Origin: Pavona decussata
Lineage: Eukaryota
DNA length: 64,000 nucleotides
Reading direction: 5' to 3'
Assembly: GCA_977016875.1 (NCBI GenBank)
Contig: CDRNST010000334.1
Location: 3,596,001 to 3,660,000 of the forward strand
Position 1 is the first letter of the stretch; each line of letters opens with the position of its first letter. Positions 62,533 to 64,000 of this stretch are shown here, in pieces. Position numbers and translations under genes: made by a program. A model generated the notes under the pieces. It was not told the origin of the DNA, searched no databases, and saw only the letters and a list, made by a program, of their open reading frames with translations.

Positions 62533-62916
62533 CGGGGGCACCCAACGAAAATTCCTCTCAGCTCCTTTGAAACGTTATTTTAGGCGATCTGGAGTGGCTT
62601 TAAAGCTCTATAAGTTCTTTTTAGGCAGCGCTATAAAATTTTTATCTGTTCGGTCATTCTAGGGGAAGTTGAGTCTTCGAAATTAGTAAGGCATTTTTGT
62701 CCATTTCCCGAAAACCGTAGGTCTTATTTCCTTTTAGAAAATCTTAGCTGACCTTTTTTTGGTACCCGAATCAACATTTTTATCAATCCGAAAACACTAG
62801 GCCTTAAATTTCCCATATCACGAAAGTTCGTGGTGAAAATTCCCTTTAGAAAATTGTAGGGGATTAAGGGCCTTCCGAACAGATAATTTACCGAAACGAT
62901 CCGTTGGGTGCCCCTG
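62533..62916. mobile_element. hAT-like MITE
   Basis: GGGGCACCCAACG ... CGTTGGGTGCCCCTG TIRs; ATAAGG on both sides (partial TSD). Confidence 0.6.
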
Positions 62917-63483
62917 ATAAGGGACACATCTTTCCTGGTAATATACCTCCGTATAACAAGAAGTTGCACATCTCACAAAATAAAATGCACTACAAACAAA
63001 ACAAATCCGCACGCTGCAAACAAAATAAAAAGTCCTGCGCACGCAGGTAGACGCAAAGTATTGGACTGAGTGTTAAGATCGAAAAACATGGCGTCCAGCG
63101 AAGCCATGGTGAAGAAAGCTGAGTGATGAAATTGTGCTCGACAGTTTGCCCTGTGGATCTGATGGAGAGCTATTTCAACAGAGGCCTTATGTACAGCCAT
63201 ATAACGCTGATGTTGAGAAGACATCATCATATAGATGTCATGAATGAACGAACATTGAAGCGAAGATCTCAAGACAGCGGTCTTTAATAGAAGGCGAGAT
63301 GTTGTGAATGATGATCTAGTTGAACGCGTAGGGGATTTGATTTAATTTTTGCTTAAAATTGTCACTGATCCAGGCAGCTTTTACCATTCTTTATTTTGCA
63401 GTGCATTTTATTTTGTGAGATGTGTAACGTCTTGTTACTGGAGGTATATTACAGGAAAGATGTGTCCCTTATGGGCTCCCGTA
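62917..63483. mobile_element. MITE with ~85-bp TIRs
   Basis: ATAAGGGACACATCTTTCCTG..TAATATACCTCC..CATCTCACAAAATAAAATGCAC is mirrored at 63390-63471; the outer tip of the left TIR lies at ~62516-62532, before the hAT-like insert. Confidence 0.7.
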
Positions 63484-64000
63484 CTTTTCAAACCACAACT
63501 GTCAAAACTTCAGTGAAAACCATACTCTTTGTTAGGTAGATGTGTGTGTGTGTGTGTAGGGGGGGGGGGGGGGGGGAAGGGGGATGGCGGTGCAATTATA
63601 CCAAAGAAGGAAAATCACATTACAACCAAGCTGCGTTACATTTGGCGGTTTAATACGCTGAAAACAGTCCATCGTACGGAAAAAAAGATGGCGGATGTAT
63701 ATTTTACCACAATACCTTGCGAACCTAACGCAGCCAATAGGCACACATAAAGCCAAATTTAATTTTTGCGAAGTTAGCCCCTGTACTCACATCATTGTGT
63801 ATGCTGGGTAAATGTAAATCTGAAATGAAGAGTAAATGAACCAATCGCCATCTTTTTCGGTACGATGGATCGGCATATATGTACTAAAACATCGCATGAC
63901 AATCTTCATCGGAGCGAAAACTTTTCCGTGTTTTTGTTTCTTCCCCGAACTGAGCGAAAACCAAACACAGAAGGAAAGAGCCAATCACAGAGCAGATTAG

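Overview
AT-rich, intron-containing animal genomic DNA. The repeat families and GPCR type point to an anthozoan cnidarian, probably a stony coral (inference). Hand-spliced genes: (1) the 3' eight exons of a MOSPD2-like MSP-domain ER tether (+, 481-6177); (2) a 3-exon, 86-aa Cys/His-rich putative zinc-binding protein missed by the ORF track, with an E2F/CHR/CCAAT-type promoter (+, 9771-11613); (3) a complete CNOT7/CAF1 deadenylase (-, 20056-26927); (4) two tandem intronless NRY-type class A GPCRs that look homogenised by patchy gene conversion (-, 30264-31331 and 34005-35072); (5) a secreted tandem cystine-knot protein that matches the Pinhead (pnhd) family as I recall it (+, 45327 to at least 60581). 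The rest is dense, often nested repeats: Kolobok-, Harbinger-, ISL2EU-, hAT- and Tc1/mariner-type MITEs, Penelope GIY-YIG remnants with minimal hammerhead-ribozyme motifs, CR1/L2 and Tx1/L1 fragments, a tRNA-derived SINE and two minisatellites. Family assignments come from motif recognition without database searches.
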